In this document: positions 1 to 8,702 of the stretch, one piece after another
Numbering within the stretch: position 1 is the first letter of the stretch
Layout: every line of letters begins with the position of its first letter
Assembly (NCBI GenBank): GCA_020630595.1
Contig: JAHDBC010000008.1
Span: 13,008 to 77,007 of the forward strand
DNA length: 64,000 nucleotides
Direction of reading: 5' to 3'
Source of the DNA: Planktomarina sp.
Lineage (GTDB): Bacteria; Pseudomonadota; Alphaproteobacteria; Rhodobacterales; Rhodobacteraceae
Position numbers and translations under genes: made by a program
Notes under the pieces: generated by a model
The model's input: only the letters and a program-made list of their open reading frames with translations
Databases searched by the model: none
What the model was told of the DNA's origin: nothing

Positions 1-8
1 ATTTCGAA

Positions 9-995
9 ATGGCTAAAGGAATTGCCATGAACATCGATATGATCCGCGCCGCTGCAGACCGTGCAGCGGGCCATGTGCGGCGCACACCGCTTTTGAATTC
101 GCCCTTTCTGGATGATGTGGCCGGGCGGCGCGTCTGGATCAAGGCCGAAGCGTTGCAACACACGGGATCGTTCAAATACCGTGGCGCGTGGTCGGCCATT
201 TCAGCGCTGACGGATCCGGGTGGCATCATCGCATCATCCAGCGGCAACCATGCCCAAGCGATTGCCCGGGTGGCCCATCTGCACGGGCGCGAAGCGGTGA
301 TAATCATGCCTGATGATGCCCCGAAGATGAAGGTCGACAACACGCGCGCCTTGGGGGCAGAGGTGGTGTTTTATGACCGGATGGCGGGGGTCGACCGTGA
401 CAAAATGGCCGAAGACATGGCCCGTGACCGCAACCTGCATCTGATCAAGCCGTTTGATCATCCGCAGGTCATCGCCGGACAGGGCACAACGGGGCTGGAA
501 ATTGCGGATCAGGCCCGGGCCGAAGGGATCACCAAAGGACAGGTGCTGGTCTGTTGCGGTGGTGGCGGTCTTACGTCTGGCATCGCCCTTGCGCTGGAAG
601 CAGAGGCCCCGAATTTCCGCGTTCATCCCGTCGAACCGGAAAAGTTCGACGATGTGGCACGGTCCTTGAAATCGGGCCAGATCGAAACCAACGCCCAAAC
701 AGGGGGCGGGATTTGCGACGCGATTGTCACGCCTGCGCCGGGGCAGCTGACATTTCCCCATTTGCACCGTTTGTGTGGGCCCGGTTTTGTGATCCCGGAA
801 GATGATTGTTTGCGGGCAATGGCCCATGCGTTTTCACGGTTGAAACTGGTGCTGGAACCCGGCGGGGCGATTGCGCTGGCCGCTGCGCTGTTTCACGGCG
901 ATCAGATTGAAGGGGATGATGTGATCTGTGTCGCCTCTGGCGGGAATGTCGATGCGGACATGTTTGCACATGCGTTAAAGGTTTATGCCCAATGA
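9..995 (+). CDS. PLP-dependent serine/threonine dehydratase family enzyme (threonine ammonia-lyase / hydroxyaspartate ammonia-lyase-like)
   Basis: 328 aa ORF. PLP-lysine motif HTGSFKYRGA, SSGNHAQA and a GGGGL glycine loop are typical of fold-type II PLP dehydratases. Its stop overlaps the next start (ATGA at 992-995). Confidence 0.85.
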   Translation: MAKGIAMNIDMIRAAADRAAGHVRRTPLLNSPFLDDVAGRRVWIKAEALQHTGSFKYRGAWSAISALTDPGGIIASSSGNHAQAIARVAHLHGREAVIIMPDDAPKMKVDNTRALGAEVVFYDRMAGVDRDKMAEDMARDRNLHLIKPFDHPQVIAGQGTTGLEIADQARAEGITKGQVLVCCGGGGLTSGIALALEAEAPNFRVHPVEPEKFDDVARSLKSGQIETNAQTGGGICDAIVTPAPGQLTFPHLHRLCGPGFVIPEDDCLRAMAHAFSRLKLVLEPGGAIALAAALFHGDQIEGDDVICVASGGNVDADMFAHALKVYAQ

Positions 996-2143
996 CTGAT
1001 TTCACCATCGCCAGTTTCAACGTGAAAAATCTGATCGGGCCTGATCAGGAATACTATAAATTCGAACGCTACACGCCCGAAGAATACGCTTGGAAAGAAG
1101 ATTGGCTGGCAGAACAACTGCTGACCATGGACGCCGACGTCGTCGGTTTTCAGGAGATTTTCACAGAAGATGCGTTGCGCGATGTGGTGGCAGAAGCTGA
1201 CGCCCGGGGCGCGGAATTGAATGCGGCTGTGATCCCGGATCGGACCAAACGGTACAGGCGCAAGGCCATTTTCAGAAAACTGGCCTTTTCATCCTACAAG
1301 GATGCCAGCCTTGCTTTCGCGCCAAACGCGAACGATGGCGCACCCGGGCAACGGCGGCCGGGATTGGCTGTGCTGTCGCGTTTTGGCTTTGTGGGCCAGC
1401 CCGAGGTGATACAGGATTTGGGTCAAGGACACACAATCGCCTTTGGTGATGCCGGATCATTCACGCTGACCCGCCTGTCGCGGCCGATCTTGAAAGTGCG
1501 GATCCCGGTTGGGCCGCATGTCATCACCGTTTTCAACTGCCACCTGAAATCCAAACTTGGCGAATTTGAAGCGAACGAGGCAGACCTGACCGATTATGAT
1601 CCCGTTGGCCGTGCGATGGGCAGTCTGCGTGCAGGTCTGCGCCGTATGGCAGAAGCCTGGGTGTTGCGCCGCGCGGTTGTGGCAGAACTTCGACACGGGA
1701 ACCCTGTCATGGTTCTGGGCGATTTCAATGACAGCGAACATGCCGTGTCATCGGAAATCATTCGGGGCGAAACGCCGTTCAAGAACTACGCATGGATGCG
1801 CCGACACGATGCCGCGCATGCCGGGGATCGGTATACGGACGCAGAAAACGCGCAGATCACCGAAGCCATCGAAGCGATGCGGCTGCAGTCTGCAGAAAAA
1901 CTGTTCGTTCAGAAATCATTGCGGGACATGGTCTATACATCTGCATTTGGCGGCGTGTTTGAAAGCATTGACCAGATCCTGATGTCGCGCCATTTCGTGC
2001 CCGGAACACCTGACACGATTGGGCAAATGGATTATTTCAGCGTGCTGAATGACCATCTGACCGATGGGTCGCATCCCGAAGCGCCGCACAACAAATTGGC
2101 CAGTGACCATGGCCAGATCATCGCACACATGCGCCTGACCTGA
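992..2143 (+). CDS. endonuclease/exonuclease/phosphatase (EEP, DNase I-like fold) family protein
   Basis: 383 aa ORF. FNVKNL, VVGFQEIF, VLGDFND and a C-terminal SDHGQII match the conserved catalytic segments of the EEP fold. Translationally coupled to the upstream gene. Confidence 0.8.
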   Translation: MTDFTIASFNVKNLIGPDQEYYKFERYTPEEYAWKEDWLAEQLLTMDADVVGFQEIFTEDALRDVVAEADARGAELNAAVIPDRTKRYRRKAIFRKLAFSSYKDASLAFAPNANDGAPGQRRPGLAVLSRFGFVGQPEVIQDLGQGHTIAFGDAGSFTLTRLSRPILKVRIPVGPHVITVFNCHLKSKLGEFEANEADLTDYDPVGRAMGSLRAGLRRMAEAWVLRRAVVAELRHGNPVMVLGDFNDSEHAVSSEIIRGETPFKNYAWMRRHDAAHAGDRYTDAENAQITEAIEAMRLQSAEKLFVQKSLRDMVYTSAFGGVFESIDQILMSRHFVPGTPDTIGQMDYFSVLNDHLTDGSHPEAPHNKLASDHGQIIAHMRLT

Positions 2144-2146
2144 AGG

Positions 2147-2244
2147 GGCGCCGTTCCGGCGCGTATGATGATTTGCGTTCGCCACGCAGGCACAAAGGGG
2201 CCAGCCCCTTTGTGATCCCCGGAGTATTTGCGGCAAAATGAAGA
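2147..2244. repeat. intergenic repeat family B, copy 1 (stop-proximal hairpin, ATGATGATTTGCG, 10-bp CACAAAGGGG/CCCCTTTGTG hairpin, then CCCCGGAGTATTTGCGGCAAAATGAAGA)
   Basis: The same module order and a near-identical 28-29 nt terminal motif recur at 5072-5207. Both copies start right after the stop codon of a plus-strand gene. Confidence 0.6.
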
Positions 2245-2441
2245 TGATTTTCCCATGGGTTGAGGAGTCTTCAGGAGTTGTCCACAACTTATTGTGGTCC
2301 GGGGCCAATTAATTCTGGACACAAAGCCGCCACACAGTCACCATAATTGGTATCAGATGCCCATCAAACCGCATCTGGTTGAGCAGTTTACAATGTCTGG
2401 GGGCAAACCTTGGGCACAATACACCCGAAAAGGGGCATGCC

Positions 2442-2945
2442 ATGGCGACCAGCACGCAGTTTTTAGATTACGAAGATCTGGACCCCATTGATATCGTCGA
2501 ACATCTGGCGTCCGATCAGAAATGGGAATTTGACCGGATTGGCGAAAATCAGATCGCCATGGCCGTCGAAGGACAGTGGCGGACTTATACCATTACCTTG
2601 GCTTGGGCGGATTACGATGAATCGCTGCGTTTGATTTGCACGTTCGACATGGAACCCCCTGCGCACCGGGTTGACGCCCTGCACGGGGCACTGAACGCGG
2701 TGAACGACAATTGCTGGGCCGGGGCCTTTACCTATTGGGCGGAACAGAACCTGATGGTGTATCGGTACGGGTTGATCCTTGCCGGGGGGCAGGCGGCCAC
2801 GGCTGATCAGATTGACACCATGATTTCGGCCGCGGTTTCGGCAGCAGAAAGATATTACCCAGCGTTTCAACTGGTCACTTGGGGTGAGCGCGAATTGGGC
2901 GACGCGATGCAAGTCGCCATTGCAGAGGCGTACGGTCGGGCCTAG
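2442..2945 (+). CDS. YbjN-domain (putative sensory transduction regulator-like) protein
   Basis: Internal ATG at 2442 (MATSTQFLDYEDLDPIDIVEHL...) of ORF 2379-2945. Acidic ~167 aa protein whose sequence pattern and position directly upstream of proC fit YbjN-family proteins of alphaproteobacteria. Confidence 0.65.
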   Translation: MATSTQFLDYEDLDPIDIVEHLASDQKWEFDRIGENQIAMAVEGQWRTYTITLAWADYDESLRLICTFDMEPPAHRVDALHGALNAVNDNCWAGAFTYWAEQNLMVYRYGLILAGGQAATADQIDTMISAAVSAAERYYPAFQLVTWGERELGDAMQVAIAEAYGRA

Positions 2946-2977
2946 AACACATTCCAAGATATTGGGATGGTTAAATA

Positions 2978-3784
2978 ATGTTACCGAAGACGATTGAAGA
3001 ACGTGGTCTTGTCCTTATGGGCTGCGGAAAAATGGGATCCGCCCTTTTGCAGGGATGGCTGTCCCAAGGCCTGAACCCCGATCAGGTGTGGATTGTGGAC
3101 CCAAAACCGTCTGATTGGGTGCAATCGCTGGGTGTCCGTTTGAATGAGATGTTGCCAGACAATCCTGCGGCGGTTCTGGTTGCGGTGAAGCCGCAGGTGA
3201 TGGCCGAAGCGTTGCCCCGCATGCAGACCCTTGCAGGGGGAACGACATTGTTTTTGACCGTTGCCGCGGGAACGCCAATTTCGACTTACGAAGACGCATT
3301 GGGAAAATCGACGCCGATTGTGCGGACGATGCCAAACACCCCCGCCGCCGTCGGGCAGGGTATTTCGGCACTGGTCGGCAATGGGCGGGTGACCGAACGT
3401 GATATGGCCGTGGCAGAGGCGTTGATGTCTGCGGTTGGCCAGACCGTTCGACTTGACAGCGAAGACCAGATGGATGCCGTGACCGGACTGTCCGGATCTG
3501 GGCCTGCCTATGTGTTTCACATGATCGAAACACTGGCCGCTGCCGGCGTTGCGCAAGGGTTGCCCGGGGATATGGCGATGACCTTGGCCAAGGCCACTGT
3601 GGCCGGGGCGGGCGCGTTGGCCATGCAGGCGGATGAAGCGCCTGATCAGCTGCGCGTGAACGTGACCAGCCCCAACGGGACGACACAGGCTGGATTGGAT
3701 GTATTGATGCCGGAAATGGGGTCGTTGATTGACCGCACTGTCGGTGCTGCAACCGGGCGATCCAAGGAATTGCGCGGTGGGTGA
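2978..3784 (+). CDS. proC: pyrroline-5-carboxylate reductase
   Basis: 268 aa. N-terminal Rossmann segment LMGCGKMGSALLQGW, central MPNTPAAVGQG and C-terminal SPNGTTQAGL are ProC signatures. Confidence 0.92.
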   Translation: MLPKTIEERGLVLMGCGKMGSALLQGWLSQGLNPDQVWIVDPKPSDWVQSLGVRLNEMLPDNPAAVLVAVKPQVMAEALPRMQTLAGGTTLFLTVAAGTPISTYEDALGKSTPIVRTMPNTPAAVGQGISALVGNGRVTERDMAVAEALMSAVGQTVRLDSEDQMDAVTGLSGSGPAYVFHMIETLAAAGVAQGLPGDMAMTLAKATVAGAGALAMQADEAPDQLRVNVTSPNGTTQAGLDVLMPEMGSLIDRTVGAATGRSKELRGG

Positions 3785-4115
3785 CATCACCTTTGATGAC
3801 TTTCTGAAAGTCGACATCCGGTTGGGTGAAATCGTGAAAGCGGAACCCTATCCCGAAGCCCGTGTTCCTGCGATCAAGCTGTGGGTCAATTTCGGAGATG
3901 AGATCGGCGTAAAGAAATCATCAGCGCAAATCACGGCGCATTACGCCCCGGATCAGCTGATTGGAAAGCAAGTGATCGCCGTTGTGAATTTCCCGCCCCG
4001 CCAGATCGGAAAGTTCATGTCAGAGGTGCTGGTTTTGGGCCTGCCAGACAGTTCTGGTCAAGTGGTCTTGCTGGGGCCGGATCAAAAGCTACCTGTGGGC
4101 GGGAGGCTTTATTGA
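3777..4115 (+). CDS. tRNA-binding (EMAP/CsaA-like OB-fold) protein
   Basis: GTG at 3777 overlaps the proC stop (GTGGGTGA). ITFDDFLKVDIRLGEIVKAEP...AVVNFPPRQIGKFMSEVLVLG matches the CsaA/tRNA-binding domain. About 112 aa, as expected for the family. Confidence 0.8.
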   Translation: MGDITFDDFLKVDIRLGEIVKAEPYPEARVPAIKLWVNFGDEIGVKKSSAQITAHYAPDQLIGKQVIAVVNFPPRQIGKFMSEVLVLGLPDSSGQVVLLGPDQKLPVGGRLY

Positions 4116-5065
4116 CGATGAAAGTATTGATGACACGCAAACTGCCAGATCGTGTGATTGCGGCAGCGCGGGACCGGTTCGAAGATTTGACCGTCCGCGA
4201 CAACACTGTGCCCCTGACTGTGGAAGAGGCGCGGCAATCCATGCACGATTATGATGCTGTGCTTCCAACATTGGGCGACCAATATGGCGCGGCAGCGTTC
4301 GAAGGCGGAAACTTCAGATGCAGACTTCTGGCCAATTTTGGGGTGGGGTATAACCACATCGATGTCACTGCCGCAGCGGACGCGGGGATCGCGGTGACGA
4401 ACACCCCGGGTGCTGTGACCGATGCCACTGCCGATATTGCCATGACATTGATGTTGATGACCCTGCGCCGGGCTGGCGAAGGGGAACGACTGGTGCGGGC
4501 CGGGGCATGGGACGGTTGGCATCCAACGCAAATGTTGGGCCTGCATATGACGGGCAAAACCGTTGGCATTATTGGTATGGGCCGGATCGGCCAGGCCATT
4601 GCCGATCGTTGTCGGTTGGGCTTTGGCATGAAGGTGGTGTTTCACAATCGATCTGAAAAAGCGATCGAGGGCTGCACGCAGCTTGCGTCGCTGAATGATG
4701 TGATGGCTGCGTCTGATGTTGTTGTGCTTGCCATGCCCGGCGGGCCCGCAACGCGACATATGATCGGGGCCGATGCCTTGGGCGCAATGCAGCCCCATGC
4801 GTTCCTGATCAACATCGCGCGTGGCGATGTGATGGATGAAGCGGCGTTGATAGATGTGCTGCAATCGGGTGGCATCGCCGGTGCAGGGTTGGATGTGTAC
4901 GAATTCGAACCCAAGGTGCCGGATGCGCTGTTGGCGATGGAAAACGTGACCTTGCTGCCGCATCTGGGAACAGCGACCCTGGAAGTGCGCGAAGATATGG
5001 GGCTGATGGCAGTGCGCAATCTGATTGCCCATCTGGATGGTCAGCCGCTTCCCAATCCTGTGTAA
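4112..5065 (+). CDS. D-isomer-specific 2-hydroxyacid dehydrogenase (glyoxylate/hydroxypyruvate reductase-like)
   Basis: 317 aa. NAD-binding GKTVGIIGMGRIGQAIA, INIARGDVMDE and PHLGTAT catalytic His region. The start is TTG 4112 or ATG 4118. Confidence 0.87.
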   Translation: MTMKVLMTRKLPDRVIAAARDRFEDLTVRDNTVPLTVEEARQSMHDYDAVLPTLGDQYGAAAFEGGNFRCRLLANFGVGYNHIDVTAAADAGIAVTNTPGAVTDATADIAMTLMLMTLRRAGEGERLVRAGAWDGWHPTQMLGLHMTGKTVGIIGMGRIGQAIADRCRLGFGMKVVFHNRSEKAIEGCTQLASLNDVMAASDVVVLAMPGGPATRHMIGADALGAMQPHAFLINIARGDVMDEAALIDVLQSGGIAGAGLDVYEFEPKVPDALLAMENVTLLPHLGTATLEVREDMGLMAVRNLIAHLDGQPLPNPV

Positions 5066-5071
5066 CGTGGT

Positions 5072-5207
5072 CCCGCCGTTTCGGCGGGGCATGATGTTTG
5101 CGACCCCCATCCGGGGGATCGCGCCCTCACAAACCGCGTTGCGTTTTGTGAGGGCAAGAGGGGCGCTGCCCCTCAGACACCCCGGAGTATTTTGGGCAAA
5201 ATGAAGA
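5072..5207. repeat. intergenic repeat family B, copy 2 (longer version, with an 11-bp GCCCTCACAAA/TTTGTGAGGGC hairpin and terminal CCCCGGAGTATTTTGGGCAAAATGAAGA)
   Basis: Shares module order and the terminal motif with 2147-2244. Fills the whole gap between two convergent genes. Confidence 0.6.
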
Positions 5208-6284
5208 CTATTGGAATCGTTTGGGCGACAGGGCTGCAACGGTTTTTGGATCCAAAAGACTGGTGCGTTCGGCGCAGATGTCACCGATCAATTGGCTGGC
5301 GGCGGGACTTGTTTGCATGCCGTACCCGCCTTGACCCGCGCACCAAATGAAGGCCGGGTCATCGGCTGCACGCCCAAGGACAAGCGATCTGTCTGGGGCG
5401 AAAGTGCGCAATCCGGCCCAGCTGGAGATGGGTTTTGTGACGGGTTCTGTTACATAGTCTTGATACGCGGCCAGCCCCGTTGCCAAATCCAGATCATCCG
5501 CCCATGCATCATGGGGATCGACCGGAGTTTCATCCGCGGGTGATACCAGCAGCGCACCCGCATCTGGTTTTGCATACCAGGTTTCGCCGGGGCCAAAGAT
5601 CATGGGCCATGTTTTCGGATCGTGCCCGCCGGGGGCTGCGATGCGCGCCATGGACCGTTTCAGTGGTTGCAGCCCAAGGGGGGTGATCTTGGCCAGCATC
5701 GCGATCTGATCCGCCCACGATCCCGCTGCGTTGATCAAGGTCCGAGCTTGGTATGTTGCGGCTGGTGTTTTCACGTCCCATCCCGCCGTCGTGCGGGTGA
5801 TGGATGTTACACGCTGGCCGGTTGCAACGGTGCCGCCGGCTGTGCGGATGTCGCGGGCGAAATCCTGTATCAGTTTGTCTGTATCAATGTCCCATGCATC
5901 TGAATGGTGCGCCGCCATGGTGACGGTCGCGGTGTCCAGTATTGGCAACAGGGTGGTTGCATCCGCCATGGTCAAACGTGTCAGCGACATGGTCTGACAG
6001 TCCCGGTCAAAGGCATCTGTTTCGTGGGGCTGGCCGATCAACAAAAGACCGCGTGGGGACAGGACGCCGCCATGGGCAGAAAAGTGGTGATCTTTTGAGG
6101 CGCGGTTCAACGCAATGGTCGTGGGTTTGCCGTAGGTTTCTTCGAAAAGTGCAGCCGACCGGCCAGATGCGTGATAGGCCAGATGCGCTTCGGCTTCCAA
6201 GACGATGGTTTCGCCCAAGGGTGCGACCCGTGCCCCTGCGCTGATCCCGGCAATGCCGCCCCCAATGACAAGAAAATCGATCAT
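5208..6284 (-). CDS. FAD-dependent oxidoreductase (DAO / amine-oxidase-like family)
   Basis: Start taken at the internal ATG (MIDFLVIGGGIAGISAG dinucleotide-binding motif), which overlaps the upstream stop (ATGA at 6281-6284). About 358 aa with a C-terminal GQGGYGMQTSP region typical of the family. Confidence 0.8.
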   Translation of the reverse strand: MIDFLVIGGGIAGISAGARVAPLGETIVLEAEAHLAYHASGRSAALFEETYGKPTTIALNRASKDHHFSAHGGVLSPRGLLLIGQPHETDAFDRDCQTMSLTRLTMADATTLLPILDTATVTMAAHHSDAWDIDTDKLIQDFARDIRTAGGTVATGQRVTSITRTTAGWDVKTPAATYQARTLINAAGSWADQIAMLAKITPLGLQPLKRSMARIAAPGGHDPKTWPMIFGPGETWYAKPDAGALLVSPADETPVDPHDAWADDLDLATGLAAYQDYVTEPVTKPISSWAGLRTFAPDRSLVLGRAADDPAFIWCAGQGGYGMQTSPAASQLIGDICAERTSLLDPKTVAALSPKRFQ

Positions 6285-7207
6285 GGTTCTTCGATCCGAT
6301 CTGTGGCCGGGGGTGGCGTTTGTGACAGGGCGGTGATCTGGGGACGCTGCTGATCGGTCAGGGGATGATCCAGTGCCGCAAGCGATGGTTCCAGCTGCGC
6401 AAGGGATCTTGCCGATACGATGGGATGACAATGCGTACCCATGGCCCATGCCACGGCCAGCGTTGCCGGGTGCCGGCCCCATTCAGATGCAAGTTCGGCA
6501 AGATCGGCGGCTGTCTGGCGCATCCATGCCACATCATAGCGGGCCTGATACCGAAGATCATCGGTCAACCGGCCTGACGCGCCCTTGGCATATTTGCCGG
6601 TCAAAAGCCCCCCGCCCAGTGGGGAATAGGGGATCACCGCCATGGTCTGATCCTGGGCCATGGGGATCAGTTCAACCTCTGCCTGCCGTTTGACGAGCGA
6701 ATACATCGGTTGAATGACGTCAATCCGGCTGCCCAAGGATGCGCAAATGGCCTGTGCTTTCATCACTTGCCATGCGGCAAAGTTCGAAACGCCGATGTGG
6801 CGGATCAGGCCGCGTGATTGCAAATCGACCAGCGTTTCAAATTGGGCGGCCAAAGGGTCATCGTTCCAGCGGTGCAGATAAAGAATATCAACATAGTCGC
6901 TGTCCAGTCTTTGCCGCGACACATCAAATTGCGTGCGGATTGTGTCTGGTGTGGCGCCACCCTGATAGCTGACTTTGGTGGCAATCTGCAGATCGGCGCG
7001 CCGCCCTTTGGCCAGTTGGCCCAGCATCGTTTCCGCTTGCCCGCCCGTGTACAGATAGGCGGTGTCAAAATGCGTGATGCCACGGTCCAAGCAGGCGTCA
7101 AACATGGCGCGTGCGTCGTCAAATGACGCTGTCCCGCCCCATTGCATGGTGCCATAGGTCAGCGGTGGGAGGGGCAAGGATGTGTGTTCCATGGGCCTAG
7201 GTGACAC
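6281..7207 (-). CDS. aldo/keto reductase
   Basis: 308 aa. GITHFDTAYLYTGGQAE, IRHIGVSNF and PYSPLGGGLLTGKY are AKR motifs. Confidence 0.87.
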   Translation of the reverse strand: MSPRPMEHTSLPLPPLTYGTMQWGGTASFDDARAMFDACLDRGITHFDTAYLYTGGQAETMLGQLAKGRRADLQIATKVSYQGGATPDTIRTQFDVSRQRLDSDYVDILYLHRWNDDPLAAQFETLVDLQSRGLIRHIGVSNFAAWQVMKAQAICASLGSRIDVIQPMYSLVKRQAEVELIPMAQDQTMAVIPYSPLGGGLLTGKYAKGASGRLTDDLRYQARYDVAWMRQTAADLAELASEWGRHPATLAVAWAMGTHCHPIVSARSLAQLEPSLAALDHPLTDQQRPQITALSQTPPPATDRIEEP

Positions 7208-7244
7208 GGCCCATGGGATATGTGCAAGCGCCCTGATGCCTGGG

Positions 7245-7691
7245 TCAGCCGTTGACGGCCATGGGCAGATCGTCGGTCAGGTTTTCAGCCGGATAACGCA
7301 TTCCACGATCCTGCACATAAACGTCGGCATCAAACAGATGGAACGCGCTTTTCAAACGATTGATCACCTTGGCCCGATCAACGTCGGTTTGACAGGTGTA
7401 AAGATCGATCGTCACAAACCCGCGTCCGGGGAAGGTGTGAAAGCTGATGTGGCTTTCGGCGATCATCACAAAACCGGACAACCCGCCGGGGTCTTTGTGG
7501 CAGTTTGGCCCGACAGAGACCACGACCGGATCGCAAATCGCGTGCATGCCCATTTCCCCGGGCAGACGGCCCAGCAAATCTTTCAGCGCATCCTGATCGA
7601 CCATGAATGGGCCAGATGCAGTGTAGCCGTCGATCATGATATGGACGCCGAATTGTTCGGTACCGGGGGCGGTTGGGTGATGATGGGTCAT
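7245..7691 (-). CDS. small pyruvoyl-dependent decarboxylase of the S-adenosylmethionine decarboxylase (SpeD/SpeH class 1) family
   Basis: Internal ATG at 7691 (MTHHHPT...) overlaps the upstream stop (ATGA). The self-processing motif ESHISFHTFP (Glu-Ser cleavage site) and a size of about 148 aa fit the family. The substrate cannot be assigned from sequence. Confidence 0.8.
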   Translation of the reverse strand: MTHHHPTAPGTEQFGVHIMIDGYTASGPFMVDQDALKDLLGRLPGEMGMHAICDPVVVSVGPNCHKDPGGLSGFVMIAESHISFHTFPGRGFVTIDLYTCQTDVDRAKVINRLKSAFHLFDADVYVQDRGMRYPAENLTDDLPMAVNG

Positions 7692-8173
7692 GATGTGTGT
7701 CCTTGTGCGTTGTGTGGGGAAAGGGGACGCAGGCGGTCCCAGATCAGGAAATAGGCCCAAGCCCATGCGGCGTAGATCACGCTAAGGCCCAGATCGACAA
7801 AGAGTGCGGTGTACAGGTCCAGCCCCGCCATCCAGATCAGGATGGGCAGGGTGATCAGAATGGATGACAGTTCATGGGAAACCGCATGGGCCACGCGCAA
7901 AGAGTGCGGTCTGTCTGATGCGACGCGGCCCGACAGGCGCAGGTCAACATGATCGAACACAGCATTGTGGGCCGGTGACCAGATCATCACCGCACAGGTC
8001 AACAGTCCAAGAACCAGCGCATCGTCGGTTGCCGATTGGGTCGAAAAGAATGACAGAAAAGGAAGCGAGATCAAAAGCCCGGTTGCTTCGAACCCCACGG
8101 TTTGCCAGACGCGTTCGCCCAAGGTGCGGGTGCAAGGAAGGGGCGCGTTCAGGGTTAGGCTGGTATCAGTCAT
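7688..8173 (-). CDS. PACE-family (bacterial transmembrane pair, AceI-like) efflux protein
   Basis: Four hydrophobic segments in two repeats. Each repeat opens with an R-x-x-h-a-x-x-F/H-E type motif (ERVWQTVGFEA and LRVAHAVSHEL). ATG at 8173 is preferred over TTG at 8185. Confidence 0.7.
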   Translation of the reverse strand: MTDTSLTLNAPLPCTRTLGERVWQTVGFEATGLLISLPFLSFFSTQSATDDALVLGLLTCAVMIWSPAHNAVFDHVDLRLSGRVASDRPHSLRVAHAVSHELSSILITLPILIWMAGLDLYTALFVDLGLSVIYAAWAWAYFLIWDRLRPLSPHNAQGHTS

Positions 8174-8310
8174 CGGTCTGTCCAAAGTTGTTTGAACAGA
8201 CGATGCCGGGTTTTGGGCCAGCTGACGCGCTGGTTTTGAATTTCAGCCAGCGGTTTTCAGATTCGACCGGCCTTTTTCAAAAAAGGTTGGCCTGTCTGGC
8301 ATTCCGCCGA

Positions 8311-8592
8311 TCAGCGGGGACCAAGCGCAAAGGGCAACAGCACAAGCGGCGCAACCAAAACCAAAATCCCGATCCAGCGGACCAGCTGATTGCCCCAATA
8401 GCGCACGACCAAGGCAAACAGACCCAAATACCCCAAACCAAACAGACACAGCAGGATCAGGACGGCATGTTCGATGATCGCGCCCTGGTCATTTGGGGCG
8501 GGTTTGTGGACCGACAGAACCACCACAGCGGCAACCAGCCCTGTGGCAACGGCACCAATGGCGATCAAAATGGATTTGCGAAAGATCGACAT
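8311..8592 (-). CDS. small hypothetical membrane protein (3 predicted TM segments)
   Basis: 93 aa ORF, strongly hydrophobic. No recognisable family. Confidence 0.45.
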   Translation of the reverse strand: MSIFRKSILIAIGAVATGLVAAVVVLSVHKPAPNDQGAIIEHAVLILLCLFGLGYLGLFALVVRYWGNQLVRWIGILVLVAPLVLLPFALGPR

Positions 8593-8648
8593 GCCCTAGC
8601 CTAGAAACCGGGTTAAGGGTGCGTCAATTGCTGCGCAGCGCTGCCCCC

Positions 8649-8679
8649 AAAAGAAAAGGCCCGCACAAATGGCGGGCCT
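8649..8679 (-). terminator. rho-independent terminator downstream of the xdh/ABC operon
   Basis: On the minus strand, GGCCCGC-loop-GCGGGCC is followed by TTTTCTTTT, about 25 nt after the stop of the BMP-family binding-protein gene. Confidence 0.6.
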
Positions 8680-8702
8680 TTGTGATCAAAGCGCGAATGC
8701 CC

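Noticed and set aside
4109-5284. 391-aa minus-strand ORF. The same reasoning applies to 35202-36371 and 21411-22718.
   Set aside because: All three are antisense shadows of strongly supported plus-strand genes (2-hydroxyacid dehydrogenase, tyrC with the extensin-like gene, and dnaE). Their translations are His/Arg/Gly-rich with no motifs.
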